64,000 bases of DNA from Escherichia coli (GTDB lineage Bacteria; Pseudomonadota; Gammaproteobacteria; Enterobacterales; Enterobacteriaceae), in assembly GCF_041886205.1 (NCBI RefSeq), contig NZ_CP169029.1; one strand, 5' to 3'. Within the stretch, counting starts at the first letter, position 1. The number at the start of each line of letters is the position of its first letter. Shown here piece after piece: positions 38,815 through 49,862 of the stretch. The notes under the pieces were generated by a model. That model worked only from the letters and a program-made list of their open reading frames with translations, had not been told where the DNA came from and did not search any database. The position numbers were made by a program, and so were the translations under genes.

Positions 38815-39243
38815 TTACTTATCGATAAACGGCACGATGAGCAAATCCGCACTCATCTTATTGATCATCCCGCGATATGCCGGCATCAAACGGTTGATAA
38901 ATGAGTGATGATGACCACAGACAAGGAGGTCGCACTGCTCTTTTTGCATAATTTCCAGCAGTGTTTCCGGCATTTCTCCGCGTTCAATACGCAGTTTTGT
39001 CTTCGGCCATTGAATATTTTTCGTCAGTTTATACAGCTTGTTATCCGACTTATTCTTCAACAATTGAAGAATATCTTCTGTTGCAGGGAAGTAGATACCC
39101 GGATACAACTCGCTTAAGCCATCATCAATATGAATTAACGTCAGGTGAGCGTCATTATGTCTGGCGAGCTCCAGGGCTTTATTCACCAGTAAGGCATCTT
39201 CTTCATTCCCGGAAATTGCCACGCCAATGTGTTTATAAGCCAT
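38815..39243 (-). CDS. uspD: Universal stress protein D
   Basis: 142-aa [30 protein letters not shown]; Usp fold. Confidence 0.85.
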
Positions 39244-39269
39244 GTTTAACTCCTTCTAAAGCAACTCCA

Positions 39270-39569
39270 TCAAGCTAACGAACGCAGTGATAACTCAAAA
39301 ATAATCATCTCGGCCTGGCATGAGAAAGTGAAGGCCGCATCAAGCTCAACTTGCCCCTCCAAATCCTTAATCTTATAGGCCACGCTGGCCCCTTCATCTG
39401 CAGAGGATGCAGCGGCGGCAAGCTCTTTCAGTTTGGTCATAAAAGACTCTGCTTCTTCGCGGGTGGCAAAAAAGCGCGAAAACTTACTGGTACAGTTGTC
39501 GTTATCAATCACCGTACCGATATCAATCGCACATCCTTTAGTACTGCATTTATCTACGACATCTTTCAT
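39270..39569 (-). CDS. yiiS: DUF406-family protein YiiS
   Basis: ORF-track entry 39270..39590 trimmed to [20 protein letters not shown] (99 aa). Confidence 0.75.
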   Translation of the reverse strand: MKDVVDKCSTKGCAIDIGTVIDNDNCTSKFSRFFATREEAESFMTKLKELAAAASSADEGASVAYKIKDLEGQVELDAAFTFSCQAEMIIFELSLRSLA

Positions 39570-39780
39570 AGGGCACCTCTGTATATTCACCTCTCTGTCG
39601 ATTACGACTTAAGAATAATGCGCCGTTAAGGGAAGAACAAACAAGTAATGATCTTATGGATTACCATTTTTTTTGATATTGCTTAAGGTGAAGAGTTCAG
39701 AAGGATTTTCCGGGCATTGTCATTTTCATCGTGGAAATAACAATCCCGGAAAAAAATAGCAGTAAGAGATATATTAAAGG

Positions 39781-40221
39781 TTAATTACTTGATTTATTGT
39801 CGGCTTTATACTTCACATCCTGGGTATCTTTACCATATTTATTTTCGCCTTGTGTGCCAACAAACGCACCAAGATCGATAAGCATCATCACCAAAATCAA
39901 CGTCGGGACAAAACGCCCCACCGCCCATTGCCAGACACCCGGTAAAATCGCCCAGTTACCCGCCAGCAGCATCCACGCCACAATCATCAAAAATGCCCAT
40001 GCGCCGGAACGCCCGCGATCATGCAAGCGCTTAACGGTTACTGCCGCTGTTGGCCAAAGCAAGCACACCAGGCAAAACGCCGCGGTCTGAATATCGAGTA
40101 AATTTTTACCCGCCAGTGAGAAAAGCACCAGCATGCCTGCTAACCACAGGCCTATCCAAATCCAGAAATCACGGCGTCCAATACGCCCTTTAAATGAGAA
40201 TAACCATTGCTGTATGGTCAT
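39781..40221 (-). CDS. yiiR: DUF805 inner-membrane protein YiiR
   Basis: 146-aa ORF with three hydrophobic helices. Confidence 0.75.
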   Translation of the reverse strand: MTIQQWLFSFKGRIGRRDFWIWIGLWLAGMLVLFSLAGKNLLDIQTAAFCLVCLLWPTAAVTVKRLHDRGRSGAWAFLMIVAWMLLAGNWAILPGVWQWAVGRFVPTLILVMMLIDLGAFVGTQGENKYGKDTQDVKYKADNKSSN

Positions 40222-40321
40222 GTAAGTTCCTTGATGGTTGTCTTTTCCAGGATTCTACCCTTTTGACAAGGGCGACAGATATCGTTTTAATCGGAGCCAG
40301 TCATAACAAAAGGTACTGTCA

Positions 40322-40921
40322 ATGAAGCCAGGGTGTACGCTGTTTTTTCTCTTATGTTCTGCATTAACCGTTACAACAACGGCGCATGCACAAACACCAG
40401 ATACGGCAACGACCGCGCCTTATCTGCTGGCTGGAGCCCCTACTTTCGATCTCTCCATCAGCCAGTTTCGAGAAGACTTTAACAGCCAGAATCCTAGCCT
40501 GCCACTGAACGAATTTCGTGCCATCGACAGCAGTCCCGACAAAGCCAATCTCACTCGTGCTGCAAGTAAAATTAACGAGAACTTGTATGCTTCTACAGCG
40601 CTGGAGCGCGGTACCTTAAAAATCAAAAGCATTCAAATGACCTGGCTACCCATCCAGGGGCCAGAGCAAAAAGCAGCGAAAGCGAAAGCTCAGGAATACA
40701 TGGCAGCAGTGATCCGCACACTCACCCCATTAATGACCAAAACACAAAGCCAGAAAAAACTGCAGTCGCTGCTAACGGCGGGGAAAAACAAACGTTATTA
40801 CACCGAGACAGAAGGTGCACTGCGTTATGTTGTCGCGGACAACGGCGAAAAGGGGCTGACCTTCGCTGTTGAACCGATTAAGCTGGCGCTATCTGAATCG
40901 CTTGAAGGTTTGAATAAATGA
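40322..40921 (+). CDS. yiiQ: DUF1454 secreted protein YiiQ
   Basis: 199-aa ORF with signal peptide MKPGCTLFFLLCSALTVTTTAHA. Confidence 0.75.
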   Translation: MKPGCTLFFLLCSALTVTTTAHAQTPDTATTAPYLLAGAPTFDLSISQFREDFNSQNPSLPLNEFRAIDSSPDKANLTRAASKINENLYASTALERGTLKIKSIQMTWLPIQGPEQKAAKAKAQEYMAAVIRTLTPLMTKTQSQKKLQSLLTAGKNKRYYTETEGALRYVVADNGEKGLTFAVEPIKLALSESLEGLNK

Positions 40922-41028
40922 CAAAAAGCAAAGCCTTTGTGCCGATGAATCTCTATACTGTTTCACAGACCTGCTGCCCTGCGGGGCGGCCATCTTCCTT
41001 TATTCGCTTATAAGCGTGGAGAATTAAA

Positions 41029-41796
41029 ATGCGACATCCTTTAGTGATGGGTAACTGGAAACTGAACGGCAGCCGCCACATGGTTCACGAGCTGGTTTCT
41101 AACCTGCGTAAAGAGCTGGCAGGTGTTGCTGGCTGTGCGGTTGCAATCGCACCACCGGAAATGTACATCGATATGGCGAAGCGCGAAGCTGAAGGCAGCC
41201 ACATCATGCTGGGTGCGCAAAACGTGGACCTGAACCTGTCCGGCGCATTCACCGGTGAAACTTCTGCCGCTATGCTGAAAGACATCGGCGCACAGTACAT
41301 CATCATCGGCCACTCTGAACGTCGTACTTACCACAAAGAGTCTGACGAACTGATCGCGAAAAAATTCGCGGTGCTGAAAGAGCAGGGTCTGACTCCGGTT
41401 CTGTGCATCGGTGAAACCGAAGCTGAAAACGAAGCGGGAAAAACTGAAGAAGTTTGCGCACGTCAGATCGACGCGGTACTGAAAACTCAGGGTGCTGCGG
41501 CATTCGAAGGTGCGGTTATCGCTTACGAACCTGTATGGGCAATCGGTACTGGCAAATCTGCAACTCCGGCTCAGGCACAGGCTGTTCACAAATTCATCCG
41601 TGACCACATCGCTAAAGTTGACGCTAACATCGCTGAACAAGTGATCATTCAGTACGGCGGCTCTGTAAACGCGTCTAACGCTGCAGAACTGTTTGCTCAG
41701 CCAGATATCGACGGCGCGCTGGTTGGCGGTGCTTCTCTGAAAGCTGACGCTTTCGCAGTGATCGTTAAAGCTGCAGAAGCGGCTAAACAAGCTTAA
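41029..41796 (+). CDS. tpiA: Triosephosphate isomerase
   Basis: 255-aa [26 protein letters not shown]; active-site [11 protein letters not shown]. Confidence 0.95.
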
Positions 41797-41805
41797 GTCT
41801 GACAG

Positions 41806-41828
41806 GTGCCGGATTTCATATCCGGCAC
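41806..41828. terminator. Bidirectional terminator between tpiA and cdh
   Basis: gtgccggat-ttcat-atccggcac perfect 9-bp stem. Confidence 0.6.
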
Positions 41829-41850
41829 TTACTTTCCTTAACTCTTCGCC

Positions 41851-42606
41851 TTAACGCAAAATCTCACACTGATGATCCTGAATTTCCTCGGCTGAAGCAC
41901 GGTTAAGCGTCAGTAGATTTCGTTGTGTCGCCAGCAATACAAATGAGTTATCACTCTGCCGTACCATCGCCAGCCCGTAGCTTCCCATATGTTCCCGCGC
42001 CTCAGGTACTTCTTCTGCCAGCATCATAAATGGGCTGCGTTGTACCAGTTCGCTTTCCGTTACCCGACGCGCCAGGTATTCATGCCCGCGCAAACCACCT
42101 GGCAGTGGCAACCAGCGGCTGCTGATGTTCGCCAGATTGTTATCCAGTTGTTCGCGCACATCAGGACGAATACAAGAGATATGAATATGAAAATGGTTTT
42201 GCGTACGCCCGGTGCGGGAGTTGATCGCCAAAGAAACCGCGCGATCGGGAACCGGCTGGCCGTATTTTTTGCTCATAAAATCACGCGCCTGCCAGGCCAA
42301 CCAAAAGAAGTTCGGCGTTGAAGGATCGGTCAACAAAGGACTTTCAGTACCGTTAATATGATACGTTGGCATCAACAGATATTGCAGTGGACCATTAAGA
42401 TCTTTTAAAACCACGTATCCGGCATTGGGTTTGACTTCCGCACATGGCGAAGGATTTTGATTTTGCTGCTGATTGGGCAAACATTCCTCAAGGACAATCT
42501 TACGTAATGTATCCGACTCTTCACCGGTTAATTTCCAGTAACCAATACCGGCAGCCACAACGGCGATAACTATCATCACCAAAAAAAGAAGACCCGCTTT
42601 TTTCAT
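41851..42606 (-). CDS. cdh: CDP-diacylglycerol pyrophosphatase
   Basis: ORF-track entry 41851..42798 trimmed to [26 protein letters not shown] (251 aa). Confidence 0.85.
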   Translation of the reverse strand: MKKAGLLFLVMIVIAVVAAGIGYWKLTGEESDTLRKIVLEECLPNQQQNQNPSPCAEVKPNAGYVVLKDLNGPLQYLLMPTYHINGTESPLLTDPSTPNFFWLAWQARDFMSKKYGQPVPDRAVSLAINSRTGRTQNHFHIHISCIRPDVREQLDNNLANISSRWLPLPGGLRGHEYLARRVTESELVQRSPFMMLAEEVPEAREHMGSYGLAMVRQSDNSFVLLATQRNLLTLNRASAEEIQDHQCEILR

Positions 42607-42661
42607 CTTTTTTTCCCTGTACCTCAAAGAGATGCAAGGGTAACGCAAAATCGTGACAAAT

Positions 42662-42693
42662 AAAAAACCCGGTCGCGAGAAACCACCGGGTTT
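42662..42693 (-). terminator. Intrinsic terminator after sbp
   Basis: Minus-strand reading cccggtggtttctcgcgaccggg followed by tttttta. Confidence 0.6.
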
Positions 42694-42712
42694 GATAATT
42701 ATCCTGGGGAAA

Positions 42713-43702
42713 TCAGCGTTTGCTGATCTGATCGAACGTACCGCCGTTAGCAAAATGCTCTTTTTGCGCTTTCGTCCAGCCGCCGAACTCTTCATCAATG
42801 GTGAATAACTTCAGCTTTGGAAACGCATTTTCGTACTTTTTCGCCACCTCAGCGTCGCGCGGACGGTAGTAGTTTTTCGCGGCAATTTCCTGACCTTCTG
42901 GCGAGTAGAGATATTTCAGGTAGGCTTCCGCCACCTCTTTAGTACCTTTTTTCTCGACCACTTTATCGACCACCGACACGGTTGGCTCTGCGAGGATAGA
43001 CTCACTCGGCGTGACGATTTCGAATTTATCTTTCCCCAGTTCATTCGCTGCCAGCAGAGCTTCGTTTTCCCAGGCAATCAGTACATCGCCAATTCCGCGC
43101 TCGACAAAAGTGTTAGTGGAGCCACGCGCGCCAGAATCCAGAACTTCGACGTTTTTATACAGTGCCCGAACAAAATCCTGTGCTTTTGCCTGATCGTTGT
43201 TGTTGTGATGCAGCGCGTAGCCCCAGGCTGCCAGGTAGTTCCAGCGCGCGCCACCAGAGCTTTTCGGATTAGGCGTGATCACCGAAACACCCGGTTTAAT
43301 CAGATCGTTCCAGTCATGGATCTGCTTCGGATTTCCCTTACGTACCAGGAAAACAATGGTGGAAGTGTACGGTGCGGAGTTATCCGGCAGACGTTTGATC
43401 CACTCTTTATCAATCCGCCCGCGTTCCGCAATTGCGTCCACGTCATAGGCCAGAGCCAGCGTGACAACATCAGCTTCAATACCGTTGATTACCGACGTCG
43501 CTTGTTTACCTGAGCCACCGTGTGACTGACGAATCACCACGTTATCACCAGTTTGCTGTTTCCAGTGGGCGATGAATGCCTTGTTGTACTGTTCGTACAA
43601 TTCGCGCGTTGGATCATATGAAACGTTAAGAAGCTGAATATCCTTTGCCATAACGCTGGTTGCCGCCAGCAAAAATGTTAACCCTACGCCCCACTTGTTC
43701 AT
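42713..43702 (-). CDS. sbp: Periplasmic sulfate-binding protein
   Basis: 329-aa ORF with signal peptide [19 protein letters not shown]. Confidence 0.9.
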   Translation of the reverse strand: MNKWGVGLTFLLAATSVMAKDIQLLNVSYDPTRELYEQYNKAFIAHWKQQTGDNVVIRQSHGGSGKQATSVINGIEADVVTLALAYDVDAIAERGRIDKEWIKRLPDNSAPYTSTIVFLVRKGNPKQIHDWNDLIKPGVSVITPNPKSSGGARWNYLAAWGYALHHNNNDQAKAQDFVRALYKNVEVLDSGARGSTNTFVERGIGDVLIAWENEALLAANELGKDKFEIVTPSESILAEPTVSVVDKVVEKKGTKEVAEAYLKYLYSPEGQEIAAKNYYRPRDAEVAKKYENAFPKLKLFTIDEEFGGWTKAQKEHFANGGTFDQISKR

Positions 43703-43867
43703 CGCCCGACTCTCTTATGTTGTGTTGTGATGAGCAAAGCGTGCCAGAAGGTTAACCAAACATTAAAGAATAAAAAAAGATTGGCTATAACTTGCGGGTA
43801 TATGTTGGGGGATTAAAAAGGCGGAAGAAATCCGCCTCATATTGCTGACAAAGTGCGCTTTGTCCAT

Positions 43868-43966
43868 GCCGGATGCGGCGCGAACGCCTTATCCGGCCTA
43901 CAAAAGTTTGCAAATTCAATAAATTGCAGAATTCATGTAGACCTGATAAGCGAAGCGCATCAGGCC
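43868..43966. repeat. RIP/BIME-type element (inverted REP pair with IHF-site-like spacer)
   Basis: gccggatgcggcgcgaacgccttatccggcctac ... tgcaaattcaataaattgca ... gtagacctgataagcgaagcgcatcaggcc. Confidence 0.8.
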
Positions 43967-44021
43967 TTTTTGCTTCTGTCATCGGTTTCAGGCTAAAGGA
44001 ATCTGCCTTTTTCCGAAATCA

Positions 44022-44984
44022 TTAATACAGTTTTTTCGCGCAGTCCAGCCAGTCGCCTTTGAACGGACGCTTCATGTTTTCGATAGCGTCGATGATGTCG
44101 TGGTGAACCAACTGTTCGTTCTGGATACCTACGCAACGACCGCCGTAACCTGCCAGCAGCAGATCGATAGCGTAAGCGCCCATACGGGAAGCCAGAATAC
44201 GGTCGTAAGGCACCGGAGAACCACCGCGCTGGATGTGGCCCAGCACAGTTGCGCGGGTTTCACGACCGGTTTCTTTCTCGATGAAATGCGCCAGTTCGTC
44301 AACATCACACATATGTTCGGTAATCGCCACGATCGCGTGTTTTTTACCTTTCGCGATACCCGCTTTGATTTCGTTTACCAGGTCTTCACGGCTGAATTCA
44401 ACTTCCGGAACCACAACGAATTCACAGCCACCGGCAATGGCCGCAGCCAACGTCAGATCGCCACAATAACGGCCCATCACTTCCACCACGGAAATACGCT
44501 GGTGAGAAGAAGAGGTGTCACGCAGACGGTCGATCGCTTCTACAACGGTGCTCAGCGCAGTGAAGAAACCGATAGTGTAGTCAGTGCCTTTGATGTCGTT
44601 GTCGATAGTGCCCGGCAGACCGATGCACGGGAAGCCCATTTCGGTCAGACGCATTGCACCCATGTAGGAACCGTCACCGCCGATAACCACCAGCGCGTCG
44701 ATACCACGTTTTTTCAGGTTTTCGATAGCCACGGCGCGGATGTTCTCGTCGCGGAATTCCGGGAAACGCGCAGAACCGAGGAACGTACCGCCACGGTTGA
44801 TCATGTCAGACACGCTGTAACGGTCTAGCTGTACCATACGGTCTTCATACAGACCCAAATAGCCGTCATAAATACCCATTACTTCCAGACCTTCTGTCAG
44901 CGCAGAACGAACAACCCCGCGAATTGCGGCGTTCATGCCTGGCGCATCACCGCCGCTTGTCAACACACCGATTTTCTTAATCAT
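44022..44984 (-). CDS. pfkA: ATP-dependent 6-phosphofructokinase I
   Basis: ORF-track entry 44022..45080 trimmed to [25 protein letters not shown] (320 aa). Confidence 0.95.
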
Positions 44985-45164
44985 GACTACCTCTGAACTT
45001 TGGAATGCAAAATGAAATCTGTTGCCGGAAGTCTTCTTGCACATCGAAGTGATCCAACGAATGTGCAAATAGTATAACAATCACTTCCTGCTGAATTGAT
45101 TCAGGTCAGGCCAAATGGCGGTATTTTATACACAAAATGCGGGTCTGGCTCTCTTTTATACTGA

Positions 45165-46067
45165 TTATGAAAGCATAGACCGTTTACCCTCCCTGGGTAC
45201 GACGGAACAGGGGTCCTGATGGATAATCACATCCGATCCCGGAAAACGCCGTAAAATAGCCTGCTCTACCTGATCCGCCACCATATGTGCCTGAACCAAA
45301 GGCAGAGAGTCTTCCATTTCCAAATGAATCTGAATAAAGCGGGTCGGCCCTGACTGCCGCGTGCGAAGATCGTGAGCGCCGCTAACACCCGGCCAGGAAG
45401 TCACGATATCAATAATTTCTTGCCGTTCCTCATCAGGTAATGCGCGATCCAGTAATGACTGTACCGCCTCATATCCCATGCGTAACGCGCTATATAAAAT
45501 ATAGATGCCGATTCCCAATGCAAACAGAGCATCGGCGCGATGCCAGCCGTACCAGGACAACCCCAGCGCCAGCAGAATTGCGCCGTTCATCATAACATCA
45601 GACTGGTAATGTAGCATATCAGCCCGCACCGCCTGGCTTTGCGTCCGGCGCACCACCCAACGCTGAAACGAGACAAGGATAATCGTACAAATTAGCGCCA
45701 CAATTGTCACGATAACCCCGACGCCTGGATCTGTCATCGGTGTTGGAGATATCAGATGTTGAATACCCGTCAAAAACAGGAATAGTGCTGAACCGGAGAT
45801 AAACATACTTTGCGCCAGCGCCGCGAGGGACTCAGCTTTACCGTGACCAAACGAGTGATTATCGTCGGCAGGTTGCAGGGAATATCGCACCACCAATAAA
45901 TTCGTCAACGACGCGCCTATATCCACCAGCGAATCCACCAGCGCGGCGAGAATACTCACCGACCCGGTATACCACCATGCAAAAATTTTAATCAGCAATA
46001 GCAGCGAAGCCATCGCCGTCGCAGCAATCGCCGCCCGACTGACCAGCCGTCCATAAGATTGATTCAT
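45165..46067 (-). CDS. fieF: Cation-diffusion-facilitator Fe/Zn efflux transporter
   Basis: ORF-track entry 45165..46085 trimmed to [23 protein letters not shown] (300 aa). Confidence 0.9.
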
Positions 46068-46148
46068 AAATACTCCCGCTATCAACTGACGCTAGTATAA
46101 CGGAAGCAAATCATCTGCAATGCATTAAGCAGCAGGCAAGTTGAGGAT

Positions 46149-46207
46149 AAAAAAAACCCCCACATCATGTGGGGGAAGACAGGGATGGTGTCTATGGCAA
46201 GGAAAAC
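46149..46207 (-). ncRNA. cpxQ: Probable CpxQ sRNA region (3' end of cpxP mRNA, including the cpxP terminator)
   Basis: Intrinsic terminator cccccaca-tca-tgtggggg plus U-run (46149-46175) directly after the cpxP stop; CpxQ is known to be processed from the cpxP 3' UTR; boundaries here are approximate. Confidence 0.4.
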
Positions 46208-46215
46208 AGGGTTTA

Positions 46216-46716
46216 CTACTGGGAACGTGAGTTGCTACTACTCAATAGCTTCAACGATGAACTTTTTTGCCATTGCGTCACGTCGCGCAACTGCTCCATT
46301 CGTTGTTGATGTTTCTCGTTTAAAACCGCTTGCTGCTCCGGCGTTAACAGGCGATACATTTGGTTGCGGACTTTTGCCATCTCAACCTGACGAGCAATTT
46401 GCTCATTCGCCATTTTTTCTGCCTGTGCGCGCACAGCGTTTTCATCAAAATTTTCTGCGGTGACAAGGCGATGCATTGTCTCCAGTTCGCTAACATTAAC
46501 AGGAGGCTGTTCGTGCCGGGCCTGTTGCATAAGATCTCGCATCTGCTGACGCTGATGTTCGGTTAAACTTATGCCGTCGAACATATGGCTCTGCGTACTG
46601 CGCTGCGTAAGTTCTTCACCCGGATGCCAGTTATCGCCTGAACCGACTTCAGCAGCGTGGCTTAATGAACTGACTGCCAGCGTTGAGGCCATGACGGCAG
46701 CGGTAACTATGCGCAT
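46216..46716 (-). CDS. cpxP: Periplasmic Cpx pathway inhibitor/chaperone
   Basis: ORF-track entry 46216..46719 trimmed to [21 protein letters not shown] (166 aa); LTxxQ motifs. Confidence 0.9.
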
Positions 46717-46795
46717 CATTTGCTCCCAAAATCTTTCTGTCGCGATTCAACGATAGAGAGTTTACGATTCAGGCTGCAAACATGCGTCAGGGGGT

Positions 46796-46810
46796 GTAAA
46801 ACAACGTAAA
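46796..46810. promoter_or_regulatory. CpxR-P binding box in the cpxP/cpxRA divergent region
   Basis: GTAAA-acaac-GTAAA, exact match to the GTAAA(N5)GTAAA consensus. Confidence 0.7.
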
Positions 46811-46865
46811 GTCATGGATTAGCGACGTCTGATGACGTAATTTCTGCCTCGGAGGTATTTAAACA

Positions 46866-47564
46866 ATGAATAAAATCCTGTTAGTTGATGATGACCGAGA
46901 GCTGACTTCCCTATTAAAGGAGCTGCTCGAGATGGAAGGCTTCAACGTGATTGTTGCCCACGATGGGGAACAGGCGCTTGATCTTCTGGACGACAGCATT
47001 GATTTACTTTTGCTTGATGTAATGATGCCTAAGAAAAATGGTATCGACACATTAAAAGCACTTCGCCAGACACACCAGACGCCTGTCATTATGTTGACGG
47101 CGCGCGGCAGCGAACTTGATCGCGTTCTCGGCCTTGAGCTGGGCGCAGATGACTATCTCCCGAAACCGTTTAATGATCGTGAGCTGGTGGCACGTATTCG
47201 CGCGATCCTGCGCCGTTCGCACTGGAGCGAGCAACAGCAAAACAACGACAACGGTTCACCGACACTGGAAGTTGATGCCTTAGTGCTGAATCCAGGCCGT
47301 CAGGAAGCCAGCTTCGACGGGCAAACGCTGGAGTTAACCGGTACTGAGTTTACCCTGCTCTATTTGCTGGCACAGCATCTGGGTCAGGTGGTTTCCCGTG
47401 AACATTTAAGCCAGGAAGTGCTGGGCAAACGCCTGACGCCTTTCGACCGCGCTATTGATATGCACATTTCCAACCTGCGTCGTAAACTGCCGGATCGTAA
47501 AGATGGTCACCCGTGGTTTAAAACCTTGCGTGGTCGCGGCTATCTGATGGTTTCTGCTTCATGA
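46866..47564 (+). CDS. cpxR: Envelope-stress response regulator (OmpR family)
   Basis: 232-aa ORF MNKILLVDDDRELTSLLKELLEMEGFNV. Confidence 0.95.
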   Translation: MNKILLVDDDRELTSLLKELLEMEGFNVIVAHDGEQALDLLDDSIDLLLLDVMMPKKNGIDTLKALRQTHQTPVIMLTARGSELDRVLGLELGADDYLPKPFNDRELVARIRAILRRSHWSEQQQNNDNGSPTLEVDALVLNPGRQEASFDGQTLELTGTEFTLLYLLAQHLGQVVSREHLSQEVLGKRLTPFDRAIDMHISNLRRKLPDRKDGHPWFKTLRGRGYLMVSAS

Positions 47565-48934
47565 TAGGCAGCTTAACCGCGCGCATCTTCGCCATCTTCT
47601 GGCTGACGCTGGCGCTGGTGTTGATGTTGGTTTTGATGTTACCCAAGCTCGATTCACGCCAGATGACCGAGCTTCTGGATAGCGAACAGCGTCAGGGGCT
47701 GATGATTGAGCAGCATGTTGAAGCGGAGCTGGCGAACGATCCGCCCAACGATTTAATGTGGTGGCGGCGTCTGTTCCGGGCGATTGATAAGTGGGCACCG
47801 CCAGGACAGCGTTTGTTATTGGTGACCACCGAAGGCCGCGTGATCGGCGCTGAACGCAGCGAAATGCAGATCATTCGTAACTTTATTGGTCAGGCCGATA
47901 ACGCCGATCATCCGCAGAAGAAAAAGTATGGCCGCGTGGAACTGGTCGGTCCGTTCTCCGTACGTGATGGCGAAGATAATTACCAACTTTATCTGATTCG
48001 TCCGGCCAGCAGTTCTCAATCCGATTTCATTAACTTACTGTTTGACCGCCCGCTATTACTGCTGATTGTCACCATGTTGGTCAGTACGCCGCTGCTGTTG
48101 TGGTTGGCCTGGAGTCTGGCAAAACCGGCGCGTAAGCTGAAAAACGCTGCCGATGAAGTTGCCCAGGGAAACTTACGCCAGCACCCGGAACTGGAAGCGG
48201 GGCCACAGGAATTCCTTGCCGCAGGTGCCAGTTTTAACCAGATGGTCACCGCGCTGGAGCGTATGATGACCTCCCAGCAGCGTCTGCTCTCTGATATCTC
48301 TCACGAGCTGCGCACCCCACTGACGCGTCTGCAACTGGGTACGGCGTTACTGCGCCGTCGTAGCGGTGAAAGCAAGGAACTGGAGCGTATTGAAACCGAA
48401 GCGCAACGTCTGGACAGCATGATCAACGATCTGTTGGTGATGTCACGTAATCAGCAAAAAAACGCGCTGGTAAGCGAAACCATCAAAGCCAACCAGTTGT
48501 GGAGTGAAGTGCTGGATAACGCGGCGTTCGAAGCCGAGCAAATGGGCAAGTCGTTGACAGTTAACTTCCCGCCTGGGCCGTGGCCGCTGTACGGCAATCC
48601 GAACGCCCTGGAAAGTGCGCTGGAAAACATTGTTCGTAATGCTCTGCGTTATTCCCATACGAAGATTGAAGTGGGCTTTGCGGTAGATAAAGACGGTATC
48701 ACCATTACGGTGGACGACGATGGTCCTGGCGTTAGCCCGGAAGATCGCGAACAGATTTTCCGTCCGTTCTATCGGACCGATGAAGCACGCGATCGTGAAT
48801 CTGGCGGTACAGGATTGGGGCTGGCGATTGTTGAAACCGCCATTCAGCAGCATCGTGGCTGGGTGAAGGCAGAAGACAGCCCGCTGGGCGGTTTACGGCT
48901 GGTGATTTGGTTGCCGCTGTATAAGCGGAGTTAA
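47561..48934 (+). CDS. cpxA: Envelope-stress sensor histidine kinase
   Basis: 457-aa ORF with H-box SHELRTPLTRL; 4-bp overlap with cpxR. Confidence 0.95.
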   Translation: MIGSLTARIFAIFWLTLALVLMLVLMLPKLDSRQMTELLDSEQRQGLMIEQHVEAELANDPPNDLMWWRRLFRAIDKWAPPGQRLLLVTTEGRVIGAERSEMQIIRNFIGQADNADHPQKKKYGRVELVGPFSVRDGEDNYQLYLIRPASSSQSDFINLLFDRPLLLLIVTMLVSTPLLLWLAWSLAKPARKLKNAADEVAQGNLRQHPELEAGPQEFLAAGASFNQMVTALERMMTSQQRLLSDISHELRTPLTRLQLGTALLRRRSGESKELERIETEAQRLDSMINDLLVMSRNQQKNALVSETIKANQLWSEVLDNAAFEAEQMGKSLTVNFPPGPWPLYGNPNALESALENIVRNALRYSHTKIEVGFAVDKDGITITVDDDGPGVSPEDREQIFRPFYRTDEARDRESGGTGLGLAIVETAIQQHRGWVKAEDSPLGGLRLVIWLPLYKRS

Positions 48935-48945
48935 ACTCCGCATTT
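48925..48945 (+). terminator. Hairpin at the end of cpxA
   Basis: gcggag-ttaaa-ctccgc overlapping the stop codon, followed by attt. Confidence 0.5.
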
Positions 48946-49029
48946 GTAGGCAGGATAAGGCGTTTACGCCGCATCCGGCATTTGAGCAGGATGCCTGATG
49001 CGACGCTGATAGCGTCTTATCAGGCCTAC
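48946..49029. repeat. REP pair (BIME)
   Basis: gtaggcaggataaggcgtttacgccgcatccggca ... gcctgatgcgacgctgatagcgtcttatcaggcctac. Confidence 0.8.
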
Positions 49030-49039
49030 ACTCCGGGGG

Positions 49040-49714
49040 TTATTTTCCCCACAACCGCCGGGAAAAATCTTCGATCTTGCCGCTCAGTCGGCGCTTTTGC
49101 ATCGTTCGCGTCCAGCTTTTCGATAACCCGGCAGCGGAGAGTAAACGGTGATACTGATCGTCATCAAACGGCATATGCCATGCGATGGCGGCAGCCTCCT
49201 GCACGGTTACATCGCTGACACGGGAAACCAACTCCAGCGGCGCGTCCGCAGACACTTTCCCTGGCGCTATCACGCTATACAACCATCCCACTTTACCCGT
49301 GTTTTGCATCAACTGCGCTATATCGCTGATATCAAAATGGTAATTGAGTTTATAGCAAGGCGAGCGCGGCTGGCTGACCTGAATTAATGCCTCTCCCCAG
49401 CGGAAAATATCGCCCATATAAACATTACTTTCCGTCAGGCCGTCGGTTGAGAGGTTTTCACCAAACGCAGGCGCAACAAACAACTCCGCCTGTTCCGGAA
49501 ATTCCCGCGCCCAGTAGAGATAATGCTCACGAGGATAATGACACAGCGCTCTGTCTGGCCCGCCGTGAACCTTTTTCTCCGCCTGCTCGTCACCTTCCAG
49601 CCCCAGCTCCGTCAGCATCAACTCACCATCAACCTGGATTTTAGCAATTGCGCTGGGTTTGCCTTCGGGATAAGCCTGAATCTTGCCTGTGTATACATCA
49701 ACCGGATATCGCAT
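49040..49714 (-). CDS. yiiM: MOSC-domain protein YiiM
   Basis: ORF-track entry 49040..49744 trimmed to MRYPVDVYTGKIQAYPEGKP (224 aa). Confidence 0.8.
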   Translation of the reverse strand: MRYPVDVYTGKIQAYPEGKPSAIAKIQVDGELMLTELGLEGDEQAEKKVHGGPDRALCHYPREHYLYWAREFPEQAELFVAPAFGENLSTDGLTESNVYMGDIFRWGEALIQVSQPRSPCYKLNYHFDISDIAQLMQNTGKVGWLYSVIAPGKVSADAPLELVSRVSDVTVQEAAAIAWHMPFDDDQYHRLLSAAGLSKSWTRTMQKRRLSGKIEDFSRRLWGK

Positions 49715-49862
49715 CTGTTCCCTCTCCACGAGAAATTTCCCCATTAGACCATATTTATTTTATGTCAGGCGTGCTGTTTTCGCGGTAAGTATCCAGGCAG
49801 GAACTCAATAGCAAACCGGACGAACGTTAGTTCATCCGGCTGTGGGGATTAAGGAAGCAGGT

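Noticed and set aside
41041-41790. 249-aa minus-strand ORF covering almost all of tpiA in antisense
   Set aside because: It lies entirely inside a highly conserved gene on the opposite strand with no independent start signals; long antisense ORFs are common in GC-rich coding DNA. The same applies to 29326..30321 (antisense to hslU), 25563..26330 (priA), 44100..44828 (pfkA), 36160..36813 (glpK), 56970..57737 (rhaA) and 10859..11341 (katG).
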